From NCBI RefSeq assembly GCF_000219355.1, contig NC_015722.1, positions 1,151,733 to 1,183,732 of the forward strand: DNA of 32,000 bases, read 5' to 3'. The notes beneath the pieces were generated by a model. It did not search any database, was not told the origin of the DNA, and saw only the letters and a program-made list of their open reading frames with translations. Below are positions 1 to 10,186 of this stretch, one piece after another. Made by a program: the position numbers and the translations under genes. The stretch's first letter is position 1, and every line of letters begins with the position of its first letter. The stretch comes from Candidatus Midichloria mitochondrii IricVA (lineage in GTDB: Bacteria > Pseudomonadota > Alphaproteobacteria > Rickettsiales > Midichloriaceae).

Positions 1-532
1 ATTTCCTCTAAAGTGGAAGGGAATATAGGAATATTAGATGGAGTAGTTCAAGGTCTAAATATAATGTCTCATATGGCATAAAAACAAAAGAACAAATTGA
101 AAAGGTAGTATCATTTTTCAGAGCAAGAAAAGGAAGAGCTATAGGTTTTAGATTTAAAGATTAGTGCGATCATCAAGCCGAAAAAGAAATGATTGGAGCC
201 GGCAACAATCTCAATGCTAAATTTCAATTAATAAAGAAATATGAAAGTGGAAACGCCTATGATATCAGAACTATAACGAAGCCAGTTAACGACACATTAA
301 AAATTTACCTCCAGAATAAAATAATATCTTCCAGCGATTATAAAATTGACTACAATAAAGGCATAATCGAATTTCTGTTACCTCAACAGATCCAGAGATG
401 GAAATTTTTGCGAGTTTCGAATTTGATGTTCCTGTTAGATTTGATAACGATTACCTTCACATTTCAATTGATGATGCACATGTTCATTCTTGCAGTAATA
501 TAAATCTTATAGAGATAAAATTTAATAATTAA
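1..532 (+). pseudogene. GTA/phage tail protein of the DUF2460 / TIGR02217 family (RcGTA g12-like); 5' end off-window, disrupted
   Basis: One frame from nt 12 reads ...RWSSSRSKYNVSYGIKTKEQIEKVVSFFRARKGRAIGFRFKD, an in-frame TAG at 162-164, then CDHQAEKEMIGAGNNLNAKFQLIKKYESGNAYDIRTITKPV... The C-terminal FEFDVPVRFDNDYLHISIDD...LIEIKFNN (stop 530-532) lies in another frame, with the shift near nt 400. Matches the remembered family pattern FF.arrG.a.GFRfkD / FQL.K.Y / FdVPvRFd.D. Confidence 0.7.
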
Positions 533-1962
533 AGCCAACCTAAAGTTTCCAACCAACAAACCCCTATAGTAGACCAAATTAATAAGTGGAAGACACCGAT
601 TATAAAGCCAGCAGCCCACCAACTTTTAACGCTCATATGGCTTGAACCAAAAAATATAGGAGCAGAGGTGGTGCCATAATGTGTTAAGCAAGCGGATAAA
701 TTCGCTAAAACAGCAAGGACAAGCGCTGTAGCAAGAGGAGGTACTCCAAAAGCAATTAAAAGCATAGCAAAAGTAACATACATCACCGAAGCATAAACAG
801 TAATACTCGCAAAAAAGTAATGCATATAAAAAAATAATATTAGCAGTATTGGTATAGCAAAGGTAGCATTATAACTACTTAAAGCTTCCTCTATATTATC
901 TCCGATCCACTTTGTTACTCCCATCTCACTCAAGAATTTTGATAGCATAACAAACCCTGCAAACCAAATAAATGTTCTCCAGGCTTCTTTTTCATTCATT
1001 GCATCATCCCAAGTAATTACACCGGTTAAAAGTAAGACAATAAATCCTAATAACGCCGTTGTAGTTGCATCCACTCCAAAAGAACTGCCTCCAACCCATA
1101 GTATTATAAGCACTGCAAAAGTTATCAAAACCATGATTTCATTTCTTGAAAAAGGCCCCATATCTTTCAAAACTGTTTGTGCTAGAATTGGGGCATGAAC
1201 CATATTATTAACATGCGGTTTGATTACAAATTTTATAATGAAAGGTAATATAAGCAATGCGCAAATACCAGGTACTATGGCACCTAGAGCCCAATTAGTA
1301 ATCGATAGATCTATACCTATACCGCTTGCTAAACCAGAAATAAGAGGATTACCAGCCATCGCAGTAAAAAACATGGAGCTAGTAATCACATTAGCTTGAA
1401 AGCATAACTGCATCAAGAATTGTCTAATCTTAGTATCATGTTTACCAGCAGAAACAAAGTTATATTGGTCAGTTAAAGCCTGGGCTACAGGAAAGATTAC
1501 TGCCCCTCCCCTAGCCGAAGCACTTGGAATAAACGGCGCTAAAAATAGTTCAGTAAAAATTAAACCATATGATAAACCAATTATATTATGACCAAGCTTG
1601 GCTATAAAATAATATGCTATTCTTTTTCCCAAATTGGACTTTATTATTGCCCTTGAGATAAAAAATGCAAAAACAACTAACCATACCATATATGAGCCAA
1701 AACCTGAGAAAGCCTGAGTTAACGTCAATGTATCAGTAAGTAGGCTTACTAATATACTTAGCATCACCAACACCCCCATTGGCATGGGATTCAATATCGC
1801 ACCCGCAACTGTAGCTGAAAAGATTATTAATAAATTCCATGACTTGACACTTAAACCTTCGGATGCTGGCATCACAAACAATATAGCTCCCATAAAAAAT
1901 ATAAGTGCTAACTTTAGGCTTCCCGTTTTTAAATTAAGCATAAATATGATAGCTAAACCCAA
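529..1962 (-). CDS. DASS/SLC13-family anion symporter (2-oxoglutarate/malate or citrate translocator-like)
   Basis: Uninterrupted 477-aa polytopic membrane ORF. The segment LAPFIPSASARGGAVIFPVAQAL and the overall length and hydrophobicity fit Na_sulph_symp/DASS transporters. Confidence 0.8.
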   Translation of the reverse strand: MGLAIIFMLNLKTGSLKLALIFFMGAILFVMPASEGLSVKSWNLLIIFSATVAGAILNPMPMGVLVMLSILVSLLTDTLTLTQAFSGFGSYMVWLVVFAFFISRAIIKSNLGKRIAYYFIAKLGHNIIGLSYGLIFTELFLAPFIPSASARGGAVIFPVAQALTDQYNFVSAGKHDTKIRQFLMQLCFQANVITSSMFFTAMAGNPLISGLASGIGIDLSITNWALGAIVPGICALLILPFIIKFVIKPHVNNMVHAPILAQTVLKDMGPFSRNEIMVLITFAVLIILWVGGSSFGVDATTTALLGFIVLLLTGVITWDDAMNEKEAWRTFIWFAGFVMLSKFLSEMGVTKWIGDNIEEALSSYNATFAIPILLILFFYMHYFFASITVYASVMYVTFAMLLIAFGVPPLATALVLAVLANLSACLTHYGTTSAPIFFGSSHMSVKSWWAAGFIIGVFHLLIWSTIGVCWLETLGWL

Positions 1963-2047
1963 AAATTAAATTTTCTCTCATTTAATAAAATTTTCTGATT
2001 ACTGCAACAACATTAATTTTTTATTAGTAATAAAAAATATTAATCCT

Positions 2048-2492
2048 ATGGCTCAAAACACTATCTTAATAAAATGCTGGCTATTAACACCTTAACCAAT
2101 GGGAAATTAATTGGCTTCAACGATCACAATCAAGATATCGTAATAAATATATGCCAACTCTTCAGAGGTTAGTACTATAGCTCAAAGCTTGAATAATCCC
2201 CTTAATTCATTTGAATTTAGGACTATATTAAATCATGAAACTATTAAATTGTCTGAAATTATGGCTGGATTATATGATAACGCTTGGGTTGAAATCTTTT
2301 TGATTGATTTGAATAATCAAGATAAAAAAATTTGGACTAAAAAAGGACTTATTTCTGAAATCAAAATTCAAGGTGAGCGAATAACTGCTAACGTAAAAAG
2401 TATATTATCGCTATTTGATCAGGCTCTAGGTAGTTTTTATTCTGAAAACTGTCGAGCCTCATTTGTGCTGATACAAAATGTGAAATGCAAAT
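2048..2492 (+). pseudogene. GTA/phage protein of the DUF2163 / TIGR02218 family (RcGTA g13-like); frameshifted and 3'-truncated by IS copy A
   Basis: ATG at 2048 gives MAQNTILIKCWLLTP-stop. Other frames give TNGKLIGFNDHNQDIVI, then YANSSEVSTIAQSLNNPLNSFEF, then ORF 2189.. with AGLYDNAWVEIFLIDLNN...GLISEIKIQGERITANVKSILSLFDQALGSFYSENCRASF. Order and motifs (CW, GFtDHD.di, aG.yD.A.vei, C.a.) fit DUF2163. Homology stops where the IS begins at 2493. Confidence 0.6.
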
Positions 2493-2962
2493 TAACCTCA
2501 AGTTCGACGTAAGGAGTAGGCCCGTGAGCTTATTTTTCCATGAGATATATTGGGTTTGAAAACATAAGCCAAGAGCCCTGAGAAGAGAGGCCTGCCAAGA
2601 AATTGTTTGGCGAGCGATGCCGTGGTGTGCTGGATTTGGCAATTCCTCTCTGAAAGAGATTTGAACACAGTTTAGGTAAAAATCTTTGAAGGTCCGGTAT
2701 GCCTCAAATGAAACAAAACGAGGATCGTTATAACTTCGGAAAGCATCATCCCAGACTCTCGTTCCCTTTGTCTCTGCGAGTTTCTTAAGGATCTTTGGTA
2801 CGTGAGTTGTCGCTTGCAAAAATCATCAATCAAACAAAATATTTCTACTAGGGAAACCACTTTCCTTATTTATCGTGAAATTGAGAAAAACTTAATGGTT
2901 ACACAGCTTCTTTGAAGCCATATCAGATAATTTCTTTAAAACTTAACATTAAACTGGGGTTA
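2493..2962 (-). mobile_element. IS982-family element, copy A: internal-deletion derivative (~470 bp) keeping both ends
   Basis: Aligns with copies B/C at both ends (TAACCTCA... at 2493; ...CTGGGGTTA at 2962). About 470 bp of the middle is missing, with the junction inside GGCAA at 2638-2642. Confidence 0.8.
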
Positions 2963-3047
2963 GATAACCTTCTCGTGATTTCAGTACAGTTGCTATAAAT
3001 GGGTTTTTCTTGTAATCTGCAATAGGATTTTTATCAATAAATTTTAG

Positions 3048-4428
3048 ATGAAAAAGAAATTAGCATATTTTTGTCAAGACTGCGGAGCGCAGTATACTAA
3101 ATGGCTTGGGAAATGCGAAGAGTGTGGGGCGTGGAATAGTATCGTTGGTGAAGAAGTTACGGTCCAAAAAAGGCAATACATTAAAATTAGAAGAGACTAT
3201 TGTCTCAACTTTGTCTAGCCCTATCACAGCGGTTAACAGGTTAGATACCGGCATGAATGAGTTTAATAGAGTTTTAGGCGGAGGATTGGTCAAGGGCTCA
3301 GCAGTATTAATTGCAGGTGAACCTGGAATAGGCAAATCCACGTTATTACTGCAGTTTGCAGCGTTGATATCGCAAAATTCTCGTAGTTGTTTATATGTAA
3401 GCGCTGAGGAATCTATTGAGCAAATACAGATGAGAGCAGCGAGGCTTGGTTTGTCAGAAGCTAGTGTTTTGCTAATTTCTACTTCATCTTTAACGTATAT
3501 ACTGGATATCGCTAAAAAAGTTAATGATATGGGAGTTATTATAATTGATTCCATCCAGACCTTGAGAAATGATTTGATCGATTCAGCGCCTGGCACTGTA
3601 ACTCAGGTCAAGAGCTGTACTATGGAAATGATAGCTCATGCTAAAAAATCTGGAACGAGTTTAATTATAGTTGGTCATGTAACAAAAGATGGACAAATAG
3701 CTGGCCCTAAGGTTCTAGAGCATATGGCTGATACTGTAATATATTTTGAGGGAGACAATACTCAACAATTTAGAGTTGTTAGAACTATTAAAAACCGCTA
3801 TGGACCAACTAATGAAATAGGGATTTTTGAAATGAGTAGCTCAGGATTAAATGAAGTAAAAAATCCTTCTGCAATGTTTATGCCAGCTTCAGGGCTTGGA
3901 ACAAGTGGATCCTGCATTTTTGCCGGTATTGAAGGTACGCGCCCAATTATGGTTGAAATACAGGCATTGGTATCGCCGTCTTTCTTAGCAACTCCAAGGA
4001 GATCTGCGGTCGGCTGGGACGTTAATCGACTCGCTATGATGATTGCAATACTTGGAGCTAGATATGGGCTTAACTTATCAGATAAAGAGGTTTATTTAAA
4101 CGTGGTTGGGGGGATGAAAATTACTGAACCTGCTGCTGATTTAGCAGTAATTGCTGCGTTAATCTCAGCTGCCTCAAACATTGTTATTCCAAGGGAGATG
4201 GTGTTTTTTGGTGAAGTTGGCCTATCTGGCGAGGTGAGACAAGTTATACAGTATGAAAGCCGATTAAATGAAGCTATAAAGCTTGGAATTGAAAAAGCAG
4301 TTATGCCATCGGAACGAAAAGTATTAACTTGCAATATTAATAGATCTTGGATAAAGCACATTCTTGAATTAAAAAAAGTAATCAACAACAGAGGAGATCA
4401 TAAAAATGGACCTGTTAAAGAGTATTAA
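3048..4428 (+). pseudogene. radA: DNA repair protein RadA/Sms, interrupted by one frameshift in an A6 run (3166-3171)
   Basis: ATG 3048 encodes the Zn-ribbon MKKKLAYFCQDCGAQYTKWLGKCEECGAWNSIV... This frame ends soon after the A-run. The remainder (ORF 3106..4428) carries RLDTGMNEFNRVLGGGLVKGS, Walker A GEPGIGKST, KNRYGPTNE and a Lon-like C-terminus. Removing one A joins the frames. Confidence 0.88.
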
Positions 4429-5227
4429 TTATAATGCTTTGAATTATATAGATATGGGTGTGATAGCTATCACTACTCTTTCTATAATCTTTGGGATTTT
4501 TAGAGGGTTTATAATATCAGTAATCAGTTTGATGGGCTGGGTCGCCTCTATCGTTGTAACTTATCGGTATGCCCCTTTATTTAAAAAAATTTTGGCCGCC
4601 TATTTTCATTCAGAGACACTACAACTAATTTTGAGCTATAGTGGTTTACTGATCGTGTGCTTAATGGCGTTTGCGATTTTAAATTCTCTTTTTTCTGCCA
4701 TGACTTTGGGTATGCGAGGGGGGTTTTTTGATAGATTACTTGGTTTGTTATTTGGTTTGTTTAGAGGCGCGCTAATCTCTTCTTTTATTTTCATGTGCAT
4801 TAATTTTAGTTTTGCGTTTTTAGCTTCTAGTGATGAAATAGAAAAGGATGTTTTACCTGAGGTAGTAAAAAAAGCACAAACCTATAAGCTATTAAAAATA
4901 GGGAACGCCGTGCTGCTAGATTTTATGCCCTCTGCTCTAGATAAAAGATTAAAAAGTATTGCTGATACCTTTGTTGATAATGCAATAGATGATAAATTTG
5001 TGGGGGGCATGGTAAGAAAGATGTATCAAGATATGAGCGAGCTCGAGATTGATGAGATTGAAAGAAAAATTCAACAAAGAGGAATCGATCACGATGAGAA
5101 ACAGGTGGCCAAAACCGTATTAGATTACTACAGGCAAAAAGTTGGGGAGCAAAAATTAGATCCAAAAAGCTTAGAAAAATTAGAAAGAATTATTGATATT
5201 GAGGTGATGCCAGAATATGAATACTAA
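4406..5227 (+). CDS. cvpA: CvpA-family membrane protein (colicin V production protein family) with a long hydrophilic C-terminal extension
   Basis: The N-terminal pattern DMGVIAITTLSIIFGIFRGFIISVISLMGWVASIVV plus 4 TM helices is typical of CvpA. The true start may be the internal ATG near 4454. Confidence 0.7.
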   Translation: MDLLKSINYNALNYIDMGVIAITTLSIIFGIFRGFIISVISLMGWVASIVVTYRYAPLFKKILAAYFHSETLQLILSYSGLLIVCLMAFAILNSLFSAMTLGMRGGFFDRLLGLLFGLFRGALISSFIFMCINFSFAFLASSDEIEKDVLPEVVKKAQTYKLLKIGNAVLLDFMPSALDKRLKSIADTFVDNAIDDKFVGGMVRKMYQDMSELEIDEIERKIQQRGIDHDEKQVAKTVLDYYRQKVGEQKLDPKSLEKLERIIDIEVMPEYEY

Positions 5228-6082
5228 TTATTCCTTAGGCATAGCGCTCAAAATATTAAACTTATTGCTGATTACGATATATTCTCTTTTATTAATTAAG
5301 TTTGGCCAAGGTTTTGCTGCTTCCCAGTTCTGCTTTTTAATCGTCTTAATTGCGCTGGTTTTTTTGCTGCCGACAGTATTGTTTTTAAAAATAAACTTAA
5401 AGCTAACTAGGCGGGTTTTTAAGTTGCATATATTACGAGCATTTTTTAATTGTGGAGGAATTATAAGCTGGGTCTCAGCGCTCAGACATATAGGTGCTAA
5501 TGAAGCAACAGCTATAAGTTATACAATTCCCATCTTTACTAGTATACTGGCTTGGTTCTACTGTGGAGAAAAACTAAATGGAAAATGCCTAATAGGAGTT
5601 TTCTCTGGCATAATCGGAACATTGATAGTGCTACGGCCGAGCTTTGATGTTAATGCCTTGGGAATATTATATGCAGCCTTTTCTGCTTGTATGTGGGCGT
5701 GTTATGATATCATCTGTAAAAAGCAAACAAAAACGGAACATTATTTAAAACAGGTTTTTTTAACTTTCTATTTACGGCTTTGATCTTACTGCCTTTGAGC
5801 ATGTTAGAGTGGAAGGAAGTTGTGATTCAAAATTTGCTTGAGATATCTGTGATAAGTATATTAAGTGCAACCAATGTAGTGATTCTATTTTTAGCCTACA
5901 GACTTGCACCATTGATCTTACTTATGCCCTTTTATTACTTAAGGCTTTTGTTTATGGCTATTGCAACCTATCTGTTATTTGGGGAGGTGTTAAAAATCGA
6001 AACAATTATCGGAGTTTTGATAATTAGCATTTCAAGCGGGTTTATATTTTGGCAGCAATACAAAGGTAAAATAAAATTATGA
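5217..6082 (+). pseudogene. EamA/DMT-family permease split by a frameshift in a T7 run (5755-5761)
   Basis: ORFs 5217..5783 and 5780..6082 are both polytopic and together give the 10-TM, two-EamA-domain layout. Adding one T to the run reads QVFFNFLFTALILLPLSMLEWK continuously. Confidence 0.7.
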
Positions 6083-6112
6083 GTCTACTTGAAAACCCCT
6101 TAGCTCCTGATC

Positions 6113-6480
6113 TAAATTTCCTTCAGTGAAGCTCCATATAGTCTGGAGGTTTGTCCCATTCGCTCATTGTATACCTCAAAAGATGTTTTTTCTACGTTGT
6201 TATTGAGCAACAACTCTTTATTGTTACTTGAAATAAAGTTCTTAATCATTGCTAGATGGCCATCAGGCGCTATATCTTTAGACCTCTATAGAGCTTTGCT
6301 TCAATGTAATATCCTACTCAACTATCGACCCATAACCTGCTCTGACTGCATATGTAAAGGCATCATTACCGGCATAATCTTTATATATAGCACCAGCTGT
6401 AATAAGTTTATCCACTAATTCTCGATTACCTTTGGCTGCGGCATCGATAAGTATAGTTGCTATTTGAGAATAACCCCTTA
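6113..6480 (-). pseudogene. Ankyrin-repeat protein remnant; N-terminus removed by IS copy B, contains a stop and frameshift
   Basis: The minus-strand frame abutting the IS reads GYSQIATILIDAAAKGNRELVDKLITAGAIYKDYAGNDAFTYAVRAGYGSIVE-stop, about 1.5 ANK repeats. Further ANK-like sequence (APDGHLAMIKN...) follows in another frame. Confidence 0.5.
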
Positions 6481-7417
6481 TAACCTCAGTTTGACGCAAG
6501 GAGTAGGCCCGTGAGCCTATTTTTCCATGAGATATATTGGGTTTGAAGACATAAGCCAAGATCCCTGCCAAGAAATTGTTTGGCAAGTGATGCCGTGGTG
6601 CTGGATTTGGCAAATCTCTTTCAATTGTCCGATGGCTGTTTCAATCAATCCACGCCCTGCAAGAAGCAGTTGTTTAAAAGCCGCAAGCGGGTTTTGTTTT
6701 TCTTAAGCCGTGTGATGAGCTCAATACCTTGATTGCTCAGTGTTTTTGCTTATATACCACCGATCTCCGAATAGAAGGCCTGTCAAATATTGAGTCAGTT
6801 TCTCGACAGCGGCTCGATCATCTGTATTACCCGAAGTCAGTGTGAATGACATAATCTCTCCTTGATCATTGAGGCCAAAGAACCATCCGGGTCGACGTTT
6901 TCCCACGCTGAGCGATGCCTTTAAGGATCTTATTACTGCTAGTACGTGAGTTATGACAAACCTTCTCCAGCTTTTTGTTGAGTCAACGTACCTGTTTGTT
7001 TCCCTTTGCAGCAATTCAGCAGAATGACCAACGGGATGACCGCGTCTCGCATCCAGCTCAACAAAGCGATTGTAGCTGATAAGCTTCGGCAATCCCTCTC
7101 TGAGAGAGATTTGAAAACAGTTTAGGTAAAAATCTTTGAATCCGGTAATGCCCTCAAATGAAACAAAACGAGGATCGTTATAACTTCGGAAAGCATCATC
7201 CCAGACTCTCGTTCCCTTTGTCTCTGCGAGTTTCTTAAGGATCTTTGGTACGTGAGTTGTCGCTTGCAAAAATCATCAATCAAACAAAATATTTCTACTA
7301 GGGAAACCGCTTTCCTTATTTATCGTGAAATTGAGAGAAACTTAATGGTTACACAGCTTCTTTAAAACCATATCAGATAATTTCTTTAAAACTTACCTAA
7401 AAACCTTTCTGGGGTTA
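6481..7417 (-). mobile_element. IS982-family element, copy B (near full length, transposase frame broken in several places)
   Basis: Ends are TAACCTCAG (6481) and CTGGGGTTA (7417). Encoded fragments: MVSLVEIFCLIDDFCK, SEVITILVLFH, GITGFKDFYLNC, KLISYNRFVEL, YVDSTK, GWFFGL, TSGNTDDR, FGDRWYISK, LIETAIGQLK. This motif order is that of IS982 transposases, but it is spread over three frames. Confidence 0.8.
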
Positions 7418-7695
7418 TTATATTTGGTACGCTTACTCCCATTGGGCTCATTAAAGTTATTGTTCAGGGAAAGTATAGGCTTGAATATAAAGATGGTGAG
7501 TTAAAGACTGCAATAGTTAGTGAGTTATCAAACAATAACGTCTCACTTCATCTATGTGGAAGTGGGATGATTGGTTGCGCTAACGAAACCTGTAGCAACG
7601 AAGTGTTCAAGACTCCAGATCCTGAATTTCGTATTTATGATGATCTAGGGATCATGATAAATGTTGAAAATGTGTTTGATTACTTAAGCTGTTAG
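7418..7695 (+). pseudogene. C-terminal remnant of an unknown ORF, open from the IS boundary to TAG 7693-7695
   Basis: A frame with no start codon runs from the IS-B edge: IFGTLTPIGLIKVIVQGKYRLEYKDGELKTAIV...NVENVFDYLSC-stop. No family recognised. Confidence 0.25.
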
Positions 7696-8283
7696 ATCAT
7701 CCTTTTTAAGAGATTCACTTTATCAATTAACATATGCTTAAATGTTAGTAAAACATGCCCTATGATTAAGCTACTTAAGATAATCGCAGTAGCAGAGTGA
7801 ATACTTGAAAATATATTTGCAATCTCAGGATTTTTTTTCTACAAACATAGGAAAACCTAAGCCGAAAAATAAAACCTTATAGTCATAGTATACTGACATA
7901 AGATAGCCGCTAGCTGGCATAGCAATCATGCCTAAGTAAAGGATGAATACAGCAATTTTAGCTGCGATCCTTTCAAATTTGTTAATAGCAGTAGGTAATT
8001 CTGGTATTTTAGAGTTAAATCGATTAAATATCCTAATGACCACAAACAGAAAAATAAGAACCCCTATGGATTTGTGTAAACTATACACAGAAAATTTAAA
8101 TGGTACGGCGAGGCCACCCATTAAAAATCCGCATACTAACTCAGTTATGATAAACGCACCAACTATCCAATGTATAATTCGCATATTCTTGCTATATTTT
8201 TCAGCTTGGATTTGACGCATAGAATAACCCCCTAAATTCCTATGTTGATAAAATACATAATTTAATATAAAATCCCTTTTCAT
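7692..8283 (-). pseudogene. cybB: Cytochrome b561 (CybB-like), interrupted by a frameshift in an A8 run (T8 on + strand, 7831-7838)
   Basis: ORF 7825..8283 has MRIIHWIVGAFII... and HKSIGVLIFLFVVIRIF. The last helix with its His residues (PEIANIFSSIHSATAIILSSLIIGHVLLTFKHMLID...RMI-stop at 7692) is in the next frame. Removing one A joins them. Confidence 0.65.
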
Positions 8284-8347
8284 ATTTTTGCAAGTTTTTT
8301 AAAAAAGCAAGAATATATTTATTTACTAATATTGGACAAATAGAAAA

Positions 8348-10168
8348 ATGCAATTTCGTAATATAGCAGTTATAGCTCACGTAGACCACGGGAAAACAAC
8401 TTTAATTGACCAAATGTTAAAACAAAGCGGTATATTTCGCAGTAATCAAGTTATTGCTGAAAGGGCAATGGACTCAGGAGAACTCGAGAAGGAGCGGGGC
8501 ATTACGATTATTGCAAAATGTACGTCATTTTTTTATGAAGGTATTAAATTCAATATAGTTGATACTCCAGGTCACGCTGATTTTGGTGGAGAAGTTGAGC
8601 GCGTTCTTTCTATGGTTGATGGTGTGGTATTGCTTGTTGATGCCTCTGAAGGGCCAATGCCGCAAACCAAATTTGTACTAATGAAAGCTTTGAAATTAGG
8701 ACTAAAGCCAATTGTTATAATTAACAAGGTAGATCGACCAGATAGAAGAATAAATGAGGTTTTAAACGAAATTTTTGACTTGTTTGTATCTTTGGACGCA
8801 ACAAATGAGCAGCTAGATTTTTCAGTATTGTATGCTTCTGGAAGGAGTGGATGGGCAACGACTGAGGCTGAAATTCAAGGAGGAGTTGATTTGAAGCCGT
8901 TATTTGAGGCGATAAAAAATCATATACCGGAGCCTAAAGTGGATAAGGAAAGTCCTTTTAAGATGCTTGCAAGTATTTTAACTCATGATCAATATGTGGG
9001 TAGAGTTTTAATAGGTAAAGTATACTCTGGTTCCGCTGCAATCGGGACGGCTGTTAAAAGCATTAGTCTAAGTGGTGAAGTTATTGAATCGACAAAATTA
9101 ACAAGATTATTTGGTTTCCAAGGCATTGAAAGGATTAATATAGAAAAGGCCGAAGCCGGTGATATAGTGGCGATTGCTGGAGTTGTTAAATCTTCTGTTT
9201 CGGATACTATTTGTATTCCATCAGTTAATGAACCAATAACTTCTACTCCTATAGATCCTCCGACAATGGCTGTAACGATAAGTGTTAATGATTCACCTTT
9301 AGCAGGCCAGGAGGGTTCAAAGGTAACTTCTCGTATGATTTTAAATAGACTTGAGAAAGAAGCTCAAACTAATGTTGCAATCACTTTAAAAATTTCTGCT
9401 TCAGGCGAGGCGTTTGAAGTAGGAGGCCGTGGCGAATTACAGTTAGGAGTTTTAATAGAGACGATGAGACGTGAGGGATTTGAGCTCTCTGTTTCGAAGC
9501 CTAGGGTTTTATTTAAAGAAGGTGAAGATGGAAGTAGGCTAGAACCAATTGAAGAAGTTGTAATAGATGTTGATGAAGAATATAGCGGTATAGTTGTCGA
9601 GAAACTGTCAATAAGAAAAGGTGAAATGCTTGAAATTAAGCATTCCGGTAGTGGTAAACTCAGGTTAGTTTTTTTAGTTCCATCTCGTGGGTTAATCGGT
9701 TATCAAAGCGAATTTAGGAATGATACTCGTGGGACTGGTGTACTTAGTAGGTTGTTTAATAGTTATCAAAAGTATAAGGGAGAAATAACAACTCGTCATA
9801 ATGGGGTCCTAATTTCAAATTCAGATGGAGAAGCAGTAGCTTATGCTTTGTGGAATTTAGAAGAGCGAGGGACTCTTTTTATACATCCGAAAACTAAAGT
9901 CTATCAGGGGATGATTATTGGAGAACATAATAGAGATAATGATTTAGAGGTCAATCCTATCAAAGGGAAACAGTTAACTAATATGAGAGCTGCTGGTAGT
10001 GATGAGAATACAAAGCTGACTCCTCCTCGTGTTTTCACATTAGAAGAAGTGATATCTTATATAAAAGATGATGAGTTAGTCGAAGTGACTCCTAAAAATA
10101 TTAGATTGCGTAAACATCACTTATGCCCTCATGAAAGAAAAAGAGAATCACGGAAATCTGATAAATAA
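8348..10168 (+). CDS. typA: Translational GTPase TypA/BipA
   Basis: Uninterrupted 606-aa ORF with GTPase motifs AHVDHGKTT, DTPGHADFGGE and NKVD. Length and domain order fit BipA. Confidence 0.93.
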   Translation: MQFRNIAVIAHVDHGKTTLIDQMLKQSGIFRSNQVIAERAMDSGELEKERGITIIAKCTSFFYEGIKFNIVDTPGHADFGGEVERVLSMVDGVVLLVDASEGPMPQTKFVLMKALKLGLKPIVIINKVDRPDRRINEVLNEIFDLFVSLDATNEQLDFSVLYASGRSGWATTEAEIQGGVDLKPLFEAIKNHIPEPKVDKESPFKMLASILTHDQYVGRVLIGKVYSGSAAIGTAVKSISLSGEVIESTKLTRLFGFQGIERINIEKAEAGDIVAIAGVVKSSVSDTICIPSVNEPITSTPIDPPTMAVTISVNDSPLAGQEGSKVTSRMILNRLEKEAQTNVAITLKISASGEAFEVGGRGELQLGVLIETMRREGFELSVSKPRVLFKEGEDGSRLEPIEEVVIDVDEEYSGIVVEKLSIRKGEMLEIKHSGSGKLRLVFLVPSRGLIGYQSEFRNDTRGTGVLSRLFNSYQKYKGEITTRHNGVLISNSDGEAVAYALWNLEERGTLFIHPKTKVYQGMIIGEHNRDNDLEVNPIKGKQLTNMRAAGSDENTKLTPPRVFTLEEVISYIKDDELVEVTPKNIRLRKHHLCPHERKRESRKSDK

Positions 10169-10186
10169 GGCTGTCTTGCCTAATAT

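Noticed and set aside
2388-2860. ORF-track entries inside the IS copies could be called as separate transposase genes (2388..2819, 2672..2860, 6721..7269, 16988..17176, 17029..17574, 17647..17874, 22132..22407, 26303..26623, 26476..26664, 29743..30112, 30194..30427).
   Set aside because: They are overlapping out-of-frame pieces of a single IS982-type transposase gene. Much of each translation (for example MQATTHVPKILKKLAETKG..., RFVITYVLAVIRSLKASLSV) is wrong-frame reading of conserved transposase codons, so none is a functional gene.
3060-3596. Long antisense ORFs inside well-supported genes (3060..3596, 4092..4388, 1784..1969, 7943..8215, 10737..11045, 11622..11864, 14231..14449, 15425..15631, 20182..20439, 20951..21139, 22703..22981, 23103..23387, 24440..24625, 25379..25645, 25490..25717, 30403..30768).
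   Set aside because: These are shadow ORFs opposite strongly conserved coding frames. They show low-complexity or implausible composition and no recognisable motifs.
6167-6418. ORF 6167..6418 (+) as a gene downstream of the EamA permease.
   Set aside because: The opposite strand encodes clear ankyrin-repeat sequence (AAKGNRELVDKLITAGA...). The plus-strand ORF is its shadow.
6471-7425. Target-site duplications flanking the IS982-family copies.
   Set aside because: Flanks of copies A, B, C, E and F were compared. No consistent 2-9 bp duplication is seen, and the true outer boundary is uncertain because TTATA follows GGGGTTA at three copies. No TSD is claimed.
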